From the human T2T-CHM13v2.0 reference genome, Homo sapiens, in assembly GCF_009914755.1 (NCBI RefSeq), contig NC_060929.1: a DNA stretch of 64,000 bases; one strand, written 5' to 3'. Position numbers and translations under genes: made by a program. Positions 46,661 through 61,404 of the stretch are shown here, one piece after another. Position 1 is the first letter of the stretch; every line of letters begins with the position of its first letter. Under the pieces are notes generated by a model. The model was not told the DNA's origin, made no database searches, and saw only the letters and a list, made by a program, of their open reading frames with translations.

Positions 46661-47720
46661 TACATGAGTCAGTGTTTTCCAGAGAAACAGAACAAATAGG
46701 ATGTCTGTACATAGAGAGAGATCTATTTTTAAAAACTGTCTCAAACGATTTTGTGGGCCGGCAAATTTGAAACCAGCAAGGCAGTCCAGCAGTCTGGAAA
46801 TTCTGGGAGTTGATGTGGCAAATTCTGAGTCCAAAGATAATCAGGAGGCAGAATCACTTCCTCTTCAAGAGGACTCAGTCTTTTCTCTTAAGGCCTTCAA
46901 CGGATTGGATAAGGCCCACTCACATTATGGAGGCTAATCTACTTTATTCAAAGTCTACTTATTTAACTGTTAACCACATCTAAAAATACTTTCACAGCAA
47001 TGTCTGCAGACTGGTGTTTGACCAAACAACTGAGCACCATGGCCTAACCAAGTGCTGGGGCTGAGAAAAAAATATCCCAAAGTGAAGACCTCACAAGTAA
47101 AAGTACTTCTCTGACCTTCTGCCCTCCTGTCTCTCAGTCCCAGTCTTCCCCAAAGCCTAGGCACAGAAACTACAATCTTCTTCTCCAAGGCGAGCCATAG
47201 AAACCTACAAATATTACTCTAACTTTCCCTCTCCCTTTCTGTGTCAAAACTGCCCATAAATAAATTATCTGGCTTGCCTTGTTTGACTGAAGATCATAAG
47301 ACTCCCATTCTAAAGAGGGCCCTGCAACATACTCAGAAGGAAGGACTACATGCTCAGAGATGCCAAGAAAAATCTAGACAGGAAAACCTGTCTAGTGGGG
47401 GCTGGGATGCCCCCACTGTGTTGGGGAGTGTGGGGTTTCCCCACTCAGTCTATTAGCTTAGACCATACACTTTTTATCTAAGCACTTCTATACAGATGCC
47501 TATACTTGGTTGAACGTAACCAAAAAAATGGACAATTTCCCTTCTGTCTTTGAGTCTTTATTCTGAGGGCTCCTTTACATACATATTAAATACATTTGTA
47601 TGCCTTTTCTCCAATTACTCTGCCTTTTGCGAGTTAGTTAATTTTTCAGTGAACCTTCAGGGAGCCAAGGGGAGCTTTCCACTTTGGCCCCTACGTAAGT
47701 CAATGTATAAAATTATCACA
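46661..47720 (-). mobile_element. MLT2D-like ERVL solo LTR, split by MER39
   Basis: ttccagagaaacagaacaaatagg...gtgtttgaccaaacaactgagcaccatggcctaaccaag, resuming at 47700 with tcaatgtataaaattatcaca. Confidence 0.82.
47053..47695 (+). mobile_element. MER39-type ERV1 solo LTR
   Basis: tgctggggctgagaaaa...ttcagtgaaccttcagggagccaagggg...ttggcccctacg; 4-bp TSD caag/taag. Confidence 0.85.
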
Positions 47721-48364
47721 CTAAATCAGTATCTCTCCTTCTCTTCCTGAAAATCACACCAAAACAACAAGAAAAAGGAACACCTGTAGCCTCAATTTTT
47801 AGTGAAACTGGGAGGCAGATGTAATAAGCTGGCTTCATCATGCATGTGAGGGCTGTCCAAAGGAGCTGAGCTGGACAGAAGCCATTGGGGGAAGAAATAA
47901 AAATAACAAAGCAGAGAATCCAAGGAGGCCCAGAAGGAGCTGTTCTCAACAGCATCAACAAAGGTGAGAGGCTCTCTCAAAAATGCACATGCTACATCCC
48001 TTGAACAGGAGAGAATACAACCTCTGGACCAGGCTTGACCAAGAGAAATAGAAGATGTGGTATATTGTGCAACTACACAAAGACGCACAAAGGAGCCACA
48101 TTTGTAGGAAGTAGTCTGTCTCTGTGGCAGCAGGAGGAGAGCTTTTATGTTGTGAAGTCTGGAATGCTATCTAAGACATTCTCACTCCCCCATTTCATAG
48201 AAATCATCTGCAAATAGCTAGTTTAGAAAAATCCAACTTTTTCCGTGATACATAATAAAAAAGAATATGGTGCAGCATCAATATATAAACACTATAAAAA
48301 ATAGGGTAAAGTTTACCACATTTACCAAAAGATGAAAAATACTCAGATTTTTCATTTTGTATTC

Positions 48365-48856
48365 CATACAGGACTCTCTCTCCATCTCACCCAAGCAAAT
48401 CTAAGCTTTGTAAAGGTCTACTGGGCCCTACGTGATCTCATTATCCTATTGCTTCTTTCTCCCAAACCTGTCTGTCCCCTCTCCTTTCTTTCTAAGAACA
48501 TTCCAAGCACAATCATCCCTCACAGTCTTTTTCCTTGCTCTTCCCTCTGTGTGGAATATTCTTTCACAGATAGTAATAATGGCTCACTCTCTTAGCTTCT
48601 TCAAGTTGAGATATCACCTCCTGAGAGTGATCATCACAGGTCACACTATTTACAATTTTGAACAACATGCCAACATTTCTTCTTCCTCTTATCTGAATTG
48701 AATTTCCTTATATAGCACTCTTTACAATCTAACATTTTATGTATTTTCACAACTTTTTATTCTGTTTTATTCACTGCTGTATCCTTAGTGACTGCTACAG
48801 TGTAGACAGTCAAAATCTATTTCTTAAGTGAATAAATGATTAAATGAATGAATGAG
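48365..48856 (+). mobile_element. L2a 3' region
   Basis: ttccttgctcttccctctgtgtggaatattctt...ttattcactgctgtatcc...tgaatgaatga. Confidence 0.75.
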
Positions 48857-49194
48857 TTTACACTTTTCAGGAAATGTTTCCACAGAATAGATAAAGAGCA
48901 TAGTCAAGCGTATCACTAAAAAATTAAGAAAATTGAATTAAACCATCAAGTCTCTGAAGGATATTCACAAAGGACAACTGTAAAAACTCAGGGAAGAAAT
49001 TGGAAGACAAGAGGGGAAATGCAGAAAGAGCTGGGGGAAGATGGGAATAAGTAGGAAGAAAATAAACATCACACAGAGAAAGATGAAATTTGAAAAGCAG
49101 AAAGGGAAAGAGACACCTCAGAAAACCCAATCAAAAGTATATGAGATAAAAATGAGTAAAGCAAGCAAAGAGTAATGGAAATAAACTGTTTAAA

Positions 49195-49525
49195 CGGATT
49201 AGAATAAACAAAATGTGATCTATCCATAGAGTGAAGTACCACTCAACAACAAAAGTGAAAAACTATACACACAATTCAGGTGGAGGAAGCTAGATATGAA
49301 GCCTCTATACTGTATTACTTCATTTATATGAAATTGTAGAAAACGTAAAACAATAGTAAGAACAAAATAGAGTAGAGGTTGCCTGAGTCTAAGGATGGGG
49401 CAGGAATGGGCAGCAAAACAATGTGAGGCAGCTTTTAGAGGTCATGGAAATGTTCTACAATTTTACTGTAATGGTCATGACACAACTGTGTTATTTACCG
49501 AAACTCAAAACTGTGCACTTACATA
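49195..49525 (+). mobile_element. Old L1 (L1MB/L1ME) 3' end
   Basis: ataaacaaaatgtgatctatccata...catttatatgaaattgtagaaaa...ggttgcctgag...atggaaatgttcta. Confidence 0.72.
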
Positions 49526-49631
49526 GAAAATATACCCCTATAATGCTTTTTTGTTTAAGAATTGGCAAGAAAATGATACATTTAGAATACAAACAGGGTA
49601 TCTAACATGCCCATAATTGAAATTCTCCTGA

Positions 49632-49903
49632 AATTCCAGCATTTTGGGAGGCCATGGCAGGCAAATCACTTGAGCTCAGGAGTTCGAGACCAGCCTAGGC
49701 AATATGGCAAGACTCTGTCTCTACAAAAAAATTAGCTGGGCATGGTGGCATGCACCTGCGGCAGGCTGAGGCTAGAGAATCACCTGAGCACCTCAAGACT
49801 GCAGTGAGCCATGATCAGGCCACAGCACTCCAGCCTGGGTGACAGTGGGACAACTTGTCTCAAAAAAAAAAAAAAAAAAAAGAAAGAAAAAGAAAAAAAA
49901 AGA
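49632..49903 (+). mobile_element. AluJ, 5'-truncated with small internal deletions
   Basis: cacttgagctcaggagttcgagacc...gcagtgagccatgatc; long A tail. Confidence 0.9.
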
Positions 49904-49989
49904 AATTATCTAAGAAGTAAACTGAAATAACATTTAAAGCCATAAATCTAAAACACGTTTTCTAAAAGGAGGTAGTTCATTTGTGTTCA

Positions 49990-50178
49990 TTTATTAATTT
50001 AGTAAATGAGCAGTGCCATTTACTATATACCAAGCACAGTTCTAAGCATTTTAAAGATACTCACTCCATCTCATAACAACTCTCTAAGGCAAATCCAATT
50101 GTTTTATACAGATGAGAAGACTGAAATGCAGAGAAGTTAAGTGATTTTCCCAAGTATCAAGTAGTAAATGGTAATGCC
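49990..50178 (-). mobile_element. MIR fragment
   Basis: ttactatataccaagcacagttctaagc...acagatgagaagactgaaatgcagagaagttaagtgattttcccaag. Confidence 0.8.
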
Positions 50179-50214
50179 ATGTAATGGTATTTACATATTA
50201 AAAGAATACAGTAT

Positions 50215-50560
50215 ATGTCAAAATAAACTGAACACCATACTAAATAGCCAGACATATGTTTGGAAAGTCAGTAGAGTTTAATTATAAAACAGTCAGGGAA
50301 ACATAACAAGATATTTATAAGGGGGAAAAACAAGGCTGTCTTGGATATCTACCCAGCAACATTTAATGCCAGAATGTGGTAGAACAATACTTATAAGATA
50401 ATAAAAATATAATGAATAATAGAATTTTTAAAAAGAAAAGCCATCTACAAATTTTATGGTAAGTGCAAATGTCAGGGAAATTTAACACATAAATTTTTAA
50501 ACATGCACAGATTCAAAATATAGTGTTCACACGAGCTCCTCTTTAAGCTACAAAATTCAG
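50215..50560 (+). mobile_element. HAL1-like / ancient L1 ORF1 fragment
   Basis: gcaacatttaatgccagaa...aaacatgcacagattcaaaatatagtgttcacacgagc. Confidence 0.5.
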
Positions 50561-50843
50561 TCGACAAAATGATGAGGGAATTTAGACTAAAATGTTGGGT
50601 GGTAGAGACAATATATTCTGATAACAAAGAAATAACCATTGGAAATTAACAAAATAAATCAATATATCTATCTCAATATAGAAAAAATTGTCGAGTGAAA
50701 CACTAATCAACATTGTAAAACTTCTAAAGAAACAAAGATTTTAAAAAATACTCTGTATTTGAACATGTACGCTTAAGATAAGTAGTGTTCAGAGTAAATG
50801 TACAGCCTGAAATACTTGTATGCATCAAAAAGAACAAAAGGAG

Positions 50844-51140
50844 GGCTGGGCACTGTGGCTCATACCTGTAATCCCAGCACTTTGGGAGGCCAAGGCGGGC
50901 GGATCACGAGGTCAGGAGATCAAGACCAGCCAGGCCAACATGGTGAAACACCGTCTCTACTAAAAAATTAACTGGGTGTGGTGGCAGGTGACTGTAATCC
51001 AGCTACTCAGGAGGCTGAGGCAGGAGAATCACTTGAACCCGGGTGGCAGATGTTGCAGTGAGCCAAGATCACACCATTGCCCTCCAGCCTGGACCACAAG
51101 AGCGAAACTCTGTCTCAAAAAAACAAAACAAAAAAAAAAC
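50844..51140 (+). mobile_element. AluS, full length
   Basis: ggatcacgaggtcaggag...acaagagcgaaactctgtctc plus A-rich tail. Confidence 0.94.
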
Positions 51141-51149
51141 AAAAAGAAA

Positions 51150-51193
51150 GCACATGTACCCTAAAACTTAAAGTATAATAATAATAAAATAAA
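51150..51193 (+). mobile_element. Ultra-short young L1PA 3' terminus in the Alu tail
   Basis: gcacatgtaccctaaaacttaaagtataat matches the last 30 nt of young L1PA; aaaaagaaag on both flanks. Confidence 0.88.
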
Positions 51194-51977
51194 AAAAAGA
51201 AAGAATGGATTAACTGATTCAAACAATTAGTAGTACCAAAAAAAATGGAAAGCAAACATAAGAATTAATAAAAATAGAAGTAGAATTTAATGAGGTTAAA
51301 ATATGTAAATAGCAAAAATAATTAAAAATTGCTTCTTTTAATAAAAAAATAAGCAATAAAACATATAAATCAGCCGTTAAGCTAGTCAAAATCTGATGAC
51401 AGTATACAATAAGAAGTGATAATGTAGGAAAGGTAACAGAACTAGAAAATTATTAATAAGTGCTATATTAATATTAATACTATAAAAATAAACTTGAAAT
51501 CTGAATAACAAATCGTTTTTCTAAGAAAAATAATTTGCCACAACTGGTGCTGAAAAAGAGACAATTAGAAAAGGTTAATTCCTATAAAACAGACAAGGCA
51601 AAAATTACTCCTTCCAAACAGCACTAGGATAAAAAAGCTTCACAGGAAAATTCCAAAAATATTTAACAAATGGACCATTGAAATGCTATTAAACTGCCTC
51701 AGGCATAAAAAAGAAAACAAGTTTATAAAATGAATATGGCATTGATACTGAGTCCTGGTAAAGATTATACTTAGAAAACAAACTATAGAACAATCTCATT
51801 TTAAAAATTGATGGAAAACTCCTAAATAAATATTTTTTTAAATACAGCAAAACTAAACTAAAAGATAGTCTTACTATGATGACTGTTTTATTACAAAAAT
51901 GTGTGATTCAATGTTAGGAAATATATTAATATAAATAGCATAAATCATCACCAGTGATTATTAAAAGCATATGAATC

Positions 51978-52216
51978 TAGACTGTGCAATGTAGTGAGAC
52001 CCTGTCTCTACACACAAAAAAATAATAACACAAAAATTAGTGGATGTAGTGAAATATACCTGTACTCCCAGCTACTCAGGAGGCCGGGATAGGTGGATCA
52101 CTTGAACTCAGGAGGTGGAGGCCACAGTGAGCCGTGATTACACCACTGCACTCCATCCTGAGTGACAAAGTAAGATCTCATCTCAAAAAAACAAAAGGAA
52201 AGAAAAGAAAAAAAGA
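51978..52216 (+). mobile_element. AluJ, 5'-truncated
   Basis: gtgagaccctgtctctac...ggtggatcacttgaactcaggaggtggaggccacagtgagccgtgat. Confidence 0.88.
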
Positions 52217-53197
52217 AACTAATAATAATAATAATGTGTGAGGCTGAGGTGAGATATGAGTGGATGGGGAACAGGGGAAGAGAAAGACATTTTCCTCTAT
52301 AACTTACATTTCATATAGTGTATAAGGTTTTAGTCATGTAAAAATATAATCTAGTAAAATATGTACATTTTATAAAATACAAATTTAAGTGCCTAATATA
52401 CTGTGAATATCTCTCAAACTTAGCTTCTTATTAAATCTGTGTAGCAGAGTTGTGCTTTCATTCTATTTTTAAGTATTCAGTCAACAGTTCCAATTGTGTT
52501 TATTTCTGCATTGTTCTCACTCTAGCTTAAATTGTAGCTATCTCATCACGCAGCTGCCCAAATATTTTATATTTATCATAAGCCATCAATTTGAGTTTCT
52601 ATTGATCAAAAGGATTTATCCAAATGTTTTCAAACACTTAGTAAAAGAAAGAAAACATTAATACATCATATTTATGTTTTAATGTCAAAAATACGATACT
52701 ATTTCTTCAAGTCACCAAAGATAGTCCTCTCATCCCTTCCCCCGCCAAAAAGCAAGCAAATAAAAACATTTAATTATGGGAACTTATTGAAAAGCTCCAC
52801 CCAAGCCCACCCCCCACTCCAGGCCCCCTCACCATAAACAGCCTCCTGCCATTCCCTCTCTGCTGAAAGTGGAGCCGTGGAGGAGAGTGGGCCAAGTAAC
52901 TTTCTTTAGATTTGATGCCTTCCCAGATGGGTGGACCATGATTGAAATGTCACCACGCTATTCATATGCATTTGTTGAAACTTATGTGTCTGATATATGA
53001 AGAATATTTTTAGTTTTGACACCCTGTTGAAATTAGGACAAGATGTATCGTCTAGATCAGCACTTGCAGAATTGGGTGCGTACGTCAGCTCACAGAGGTG
53101 GATCATCAGTAGATTCTCCCTGGGAATCCATGTGAGAGCCAAATATCATGGCTTTGTGCATCATCGGTATTTGCAAACATGTAAATGTGTTTGCTAG

Positions 53198-53474
<277 letters not shown>

Positions 53475-53734
53475 CGTGTTTGCTAACTTTATGACATTTA
53501 AAATTGATTTTAATTTTATATTGAAAATATTAATGTTATCATTCAAGGGTGGAGGAAGGCACACAGGTACAAAAAAGTTTCAGGCACACTAGAGTTTCCT
53601 TCCTAAACCTACAGACTATCCTTCTGTCTTCCTGCTCTTTCTTCCTCTGTCTTCCTGCTTTTTTGGCGATGACTTCTCATCTCCAAATGAAAACAAAGCC
53701 CAAAATCTCTACCTTGGAATTTAGGAATATAGAC

Positions 53735-53915
53735 GTATAATAGAGAGCGCTGGAATTAGAGGTGAAAGGGGCTTGTTCTAATCCTGATTTAGACCCCTAA
53801 CAGAGGAAAGCCTGGACAAGAAGGCATTTACATTCTTTGAATCTCAATTCATTTTACTTACTGTAAAACTTAACAACAATACCTGTTGTTAAGGGGGATA
53901 CATAAATTAGTTTGT
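53735..53915 (+). mobile_element. MIR fragment
   Basis: agagagcgctggaattagagg...gttctaatcctga...cctggacaag...tctttgaatctcaatt. Confidence 0.55.
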
Positions 53916-54621
53916 ATTTTGAAACTGGCAAAGATTTATTAAAATGTCATATATAAACAAAATTTCTCTCAAGACTTAATGGGACTGAAGAGATTGTTTT
54001 TGCAGCTCCACCTCCTTCTACTTTTCTATTCACATTCTGTGCGGGAGTCTCTTGGTCTATTCATCCTTCTCCTTAAGCATCCCCTGGGTTCCTGTCAACC
54101 AAAGTATGCCTGCTGTTCCTTTATCTGAAATAACTTTATTCTTGTACCTAGCACCCTGCACAACTTCTCCTTCCTCAAGAGAGTTTCCATTAACAACAGA
54201 AAGCCTGAATTGTAGCAGTTGTGGATTTTTGTCATATAAATACAACTACAATTTTAAGCTACTAACCATTTGACAACTAGCTTGAAAAGTTCAAGAATAT
54301 CTAGCAATCTGCTTTCCCCAGCTAGTACCAGCAGCTCCACACACACCACTGCTGCCCCAAGCTGTAGCACAGCTGCCTGCCTTAAATATTTACTATTATA
54401 CTAAAGGAACAAAAGCCTGAATGAATGGCCATGGTGGTAACCTTTAGGCTGTCTATAGGGACCAGTTCTTAGATATTTTGGCTAAGTTCTTCTGTACTGA
54501 AAACTTACAAGCAAGAATGTACAAGCTATCAGATGTCCCTCAACCTATGACCGAATTTTATCTTTTAGTATAGGTGAGAAAGAAGGAGATCTATGTGGCT
54601 GTCATCCTAATATAAAAGGGT

Positions 54622-54810
54622 ATCTCTGGAGTCACTGGGCCCAAATTTGCCTCCACCATATAGCAGCAAAGTGAACTAGGATGAGTCACATTAGCTCCCA
54701 ATTTCTTCAACTCTATGAAGGCTATATAAGTACCAAACTTAGAAGGTGTGTTCTGAGGATTGAATAAATAACTCCGTTTTGAAACTACGTGGAATACTTC
54801 ATAAATGTAA
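54622..54810 (+). mobile_element. MIR fragment
   Basis: ctctggagtcactgggcccaaatttgcctccacca...gtgttctgaggattgaata. Confidence 0.6.
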
Positions 54811-55237
54811 AAAAATGTTTTCTCTGTACCCTTATCCTATATGGTAACCTGTGAGTTCTCTCCTCAACCTTTTTCCCATACCTCTGTTATAGCACACCAA
54901 TAAGAATTGTATCTGTTTAATTATAGGTTCATCTTCCCCACTAAAGCATAAGTTAGTCGCTGTGTTTATGGCCTAGCACATAGTAGGAATTCATACAATG
55001 TTTCATTAATGTATGATGTATGTATGATAATCTTTAGACAATTTTGTAGTTCAGACTCTCGTTTAAAGAATCTTTCTTTTAAACAACAAGTCGTGAAATA
55101 TACCAAACAAATCAGAAAAGTTTTTTAATGGTATACAGGTTTCTTTTTAATATTTTCTGAATAAAATTGTGTGTTTTTTCCCTTGGGGCATAAGCCAAGT
55201 TTTACTATCTAATATCTATCATATTCATAGAAAAATA

Positions 55238-55598
55238 CAGATGCTCCTCAACTTAACAATGGGGTTACGTTTTCACAAACGTGGTAAATTGAAAACATTG
55301 TAAGTCAAAAATGCATTTGATACATCTAAACCTACCAAACATCATAGCTTAGCCAACTTACTTTAAATGCAGTCAGAACACTTACATTAGCCTATAGTTG
55401 GGCAAAAATCATTTAATACAAAGCCTATTTTATAAGAAAGTGTTGACTATATCATTTTAAAGTGTCATACCACATATCACTAGCCAGAGAAAAAAAAATC
55501 AAAATTCAAATATGGTTTCCACTGAATGCATATTGCTTTCACAACATCATAAAGTCTAAAAATCATAAGTTGAACCATTGTAAGTAGGAGACTGTATA
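55238..55598 (+). mobile_element. MER47 / Tigger5-derived TcMar MITE
   Basis: ta|cagatgctcctcaactta...cagaacacttacattagcctatagttgggcaaaa...aagttgaaccattgtaagtaggagac. Confidence 0.88.
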
Positions 55599-55601
55599 TA
55601 C

Positions 55602-56135
55602 TTGCCAGATTAGAAGTTGTCACAAATACTTTGGGATTTCTCCCATTAAGAAATAGGGTCTATGTCCCCTTCCCTTGAATCTGAGAAACCTCTGGGAATG
55701 CTTGATCAAGAGAATATGGCAGAAGTGATTTTGTGCTAGTTTATGGGCCCAGGCATTAAGCGACTGGCAGCCTCCACTTCCTGTGTCTTCTTTTTGAAAC
55801 CTGGGGCTGCCTAGGAAAGAGCCATCTGATGACTCAGCTGGAGATATCAAAGAAAGAGGCCCTGAGATCCTATGGAGAAGGAAAAAGGCCCAGTTGTGCT
55901 CAAACTTCCACTTGTCCCACCAAAGCACCAAGTGTGTTGGACTCTCTAGACCAGTCCGGTTATCAGTTGATTACCACCAAGTGACCTAGGTCAGTGCACT
56001 GTAGAGCATATGATCACCCAACTGAGCACTGCCCAAATTTCTAAACACCAAAATTCTGAGGTATAATAAAATGTTTGCTATTTTAACACACAAAGTTATG
56101 AAGTAGTTTTTATATAGCAATATATAACTGGAACA
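55602..56135 (+). mobile_element. MLT1H-type MaLR solo LTR
   Basis: gggtctatgtccccttcccttgaatctg...atggcagaagtga...tatagcaatatataactggaaca. Confidence 0.8.
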
Positions 56136-57154
56136 ATAAATAGATGAAAATGGTTAACAAAATTGAAGATATATTTAATGTATTTTTAATTAAATTTTGA
56201 CTTTCCATCCTCAAAGCAAAAGAAAACCCTTTCCTAACAAAGCACTATTTTACTAATGTCAATTTTGATATTCTTTATGAGTATTTTATGACTACTCTAC
56301 CTACACACAATTAGGCTACTATGTCTCACATCCATTAAATACAGTGTTTCCTTAATGCAAAAAGAAATCAGATATTTTTAAAATTAAGAAATGATTTCCC
56401 CAATGTTTGAATAGTTATTCATATCACTACAATGTCAAAGATTCACAGTGAGCATATTTTATTAGATGACAACCACCTCAAAAATAACGATAATATTTTT
56501 TCAATTATTTTAGTCCCTTTTCATTTTTCAGCCTATAATTCCAATATTTCTGAGACTGAAGATGTGGCAGGCCTCTGGTGGCTTGACTGGCTTGACTAGG
56601 CCCCTTTAATAACTTCTGTTTGCTAAGAATGGTGATGTGACATGGGCCTGCATAGAGAAGGCCTGTTTGATATTACCTTTCCATCTCAGTCCGGTGGTGT
56701 GACCGAGACTCTTAGCTACATTGCTTTAGGCCTCCTGGCAAGAGAAAACCTGTTTAATTACCTGCCCCAGCTGTACTTACTAAGTGGAATGATTATTAAA
56801 TCTGTCTCTCTATTTCACAGTTTCAGTATACAATTTAAATCTATGCCAAGACGAATGGAGGTCATAGATTCTGTAGGAGTAGACAGGACTAAAATCATCA
56901 TTGTGACAGGTGTCTTAAGAGCATTGTGGTCTAAGGCTCAGCCAACCCTCTGTCCTCTAATATAAAAATAGGAGGTTCTTAGATGCTCTGCCAACTTTGT
57001 AACTGCACATAACGTCTCATCATTTAGCCATGTTATTGTCCAGTTCATGTTCAAAGAAGGATAATAATACTTAACCTTTTCTCCTCTTTACCTGCTGACA
57101 TATCATTTGAGTTATTTGTTCTGAAGTCTAAAGACAAGATAAAATCACCAACTT

Positions 57155-57643
57155 TGTGATGGTTAATTTTATGTGGCAACTTCACTGGACCATGGGTTGT
57201 CCAGATATTTGGCCAAACATTATTCTGGGTGTAACTGTGAGGGTGCTTCTGAGTGAGATTAACAATTGAATGGGTAAACTGAGTTAAGCAGATTGCCCTT
57301 CTAAATGTAGATGGGCCTCTTCCAATCAGTTGAAGACCTGACTAGAACAAAAGGATGAATAAGGGAGAATTCATTCTCTCTGCCAGTCTCTGAGCTGGGA
57401 CATCAGTCTTCTCCTGTTTTTGGACTTGATCTCAGACTGGAACTTACACCATCAGCTCCCCTGTTTCTCTGGCCCTCAGACTTGGACTGGAACTATATCA
57501 TTGGTTCTCCTGGATCTCCGACTTGCCAACTGTATATCTTGGGACTTCTCAGCCTCCGTAATCACATAGGCCAATCTCAATAAGTAAATAAATATAGATA
57601 TCTCCTATTGGCTCTATTTCTCTGGAGAACCCTGCATAATATA
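57155..57643 (+). mobile_element. MLT2B-type ERVL solo LTR
   Basis: tgtgatggttaattttatgtggcaactt...ctcctattggctctatttctctggagaaccctg. Confidence 0.9.
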
Positions 57644-58849
57644 TTTTTGTTTCTCTAATATGCAAACTCTGTTCATCTGCTTCTCAGAGTTTATTGCTAT
57701 GTTAACTTTATTGGCAGAGGAAACCAATGTATATCCTCAGGGAAGACTAAAGTGGCCTGCTTCCGTAATTCCTTCTTTATTATATACAGTAATGCAACTT
57801 TTGCATCTTTTACATTCTACCCCATAATATATCCAAGCTTATCATAATATAAAAAATGTTTTAAATTTTTAAACATTTGTTTGTAATAGATTTTTCAGAA
57901 AGATTAAATGTGCTTATTTGATAGTTTACCCTTTTGCTTTAAATATTTCCAGCACACTCCTTAGAGGTAAGCACCAATGTTTGAGAAGTATAATCTAATT
58001 TTCACTCATACTTTTCTAAAAATGTTATTTGTCATTTGTAAAAGCCCTTTGTTGTCTAATTTCATAACATCTCTCTCTTTTATGGTTTTATTTATATATT
58101 TTAAAAATCATAGGTAAATTAAATTTCATTCTTGGCTGTAGACTTTAACATAATGCTTGTTAAATTTTGCAACCAGAAAGTAAACTAACTTTGTCATTAA
58201 CTCTACTTTCATCAGTTATTATATGTGTCAACAAAAATGCAAGTTTAATAATGCAGCTAACCATTTTAGACCTTCAATAATTAAAATTTATTTTTATTTT
58301 ACAATTTTTGCTGTGAATTTTAAAGCAAAATAGTAAGGGCCTCACAAGGGCAATTCTTAGGTTAAATGAATAATGCACTAGACCAAGAGAGCTGACCAGA
58401 GGTTTGCTGTATATTCTTTTTACCATATATGCTAGACAGAATTTGATGTGACTCCAAATTATAAAACTGTAAATCATAAAGACAAAGACTTTGTCAATAA
58501 GCATTTATAAGGTTAACAAGGGAAAACCTGCCCCCTTTCCTAACCCCACCAAACCATAAAGTTTTTAGTACAGGTAGAACACAAGCCATAAAGCATGCAA
58601 ATAATGCATTATTATTGGGGTATTCATAAAAGCTTCGTAACCAGCTGAGTTGTCTTGAGCAAACCACAAGAGATAATACAAATATTGAACAAAATATGGT
58701 AATTTAAATATGACTTTATGCTCTTCTTTACTGTAATTTTGCCCAGCTATATGGAAATGTCACAGAGCCTTTGTGTAATCTTTGGGATCCAAATCACAAA
58801 ACAGAGAATTAATGTGATGGAGGAAAAATACACTTAGAGTTTATTGTGT

Positions 58850-58978
58850 GTTTGATTCTAAACTCTGTAACTCATTTTCTCTGTTATCTTAGACTCATCA
58901 TTTCACTCTCTTGATGTCACTTCATCTAAAAAAATAAAGGGTTTATTCTTGAATGATCATCTGAAAGTTTTCTTCCAA
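58850..58978 (+). mobile_element. MIR3-like fragment, split by the L1 insertion
   Basis: cttcatctaaaaaaataaaggg...gaatgatcatctgaaagttttcttccaa, continuing gtttagagttcta after 60642. Confidence 0.5.
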
Positions 58979-60626
<1,648 letters not shown>

Positions 60627-60849
60627 GAAAGTTTTCTTCCAAGTTTAGAGTTCTAAAAGTCTCTAACAGTTTCTGTATGATTGGATGGTTTTGAGGATCA
60701 AATAACTGATTGTTCTAATTTATGCAAGCTTAGCACAGAGTAAGTTATCACAAAGTGAGTGTTCTGCAGATCTTCCTATGGCTAATTTAGCCCGTCTTAT
60801 GCTACACAACTTTAAACCATAAAAGGTTAGGCTTACATTATGCTTTCAA

Positions 60850-61257
60850 TGTAATTCACTAGTTGTCATCAATATTTGGTTCTCCTTTCCCTCTGGGCAT
60901 ACTGAAGATTGCATGTTTTAGGCTTCTGTGTAAATCATAAGTTGGATGAAAACACGTGGCTGGTTCTGACCAAAGAAATGTGAGTAGAAGAAATGTACAT
61001 TACTTCTTGACTGAGGTAGGAAATGACCATGGACAGCTCTCCAGGCTTTTCTCACCCTGTGCTGGGACATCTTCCTTGCTGCAGGTAAAAAATGGTGACA
61101 TCTGTGGCGGTCTGGGTCCCTGAGTGCTTTTGTGGGGCAGAGATCGCTCACAATCCTCATGCGGTGTGCACTCCATGAATGAGAAATAAACTTTCTGTGA
61201 AACCACTGAAACTTGTAGTTGCTTTTACCGCAACAGAACAGCCTATCCTGAGTAACT
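60850..61257 (+). mobile_element. MLT1J/I-type MaLR solo LTR
   Basis: ttctgaccaaagaaatgtgagtagaag...ctgggtccctgagtg...atgagaaataaactt...agcctatcctgagtaac. Confidence 0.78.
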
Positions 61258-61404
61258 TGCTGCATGCCATTAAAATTAATTCACACACTTCCTGAGGGGT
61301 ATATTTAGCGCTATCTTTCTCAGTACCACTCAGATAAAGTTATTTATTCCTTCGCCTTCAAGCTCGTCATTAAACCACAAACCAACTTGGTTAATAATTA
61401 ATAT

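Larger units (their letters stand above)
50620..51975 (+). mobile_element. Ancient L1M ORF2 fragments interrupted by Alu and mini-L1
   Basis: gtgttcagagtaaatgtacagcctgaaatac; aactatagaacaatctcatt...ttgatggaaaactcctaaataaa; ttcaatgttaggaaatatattaat. Confidence 0.65.
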
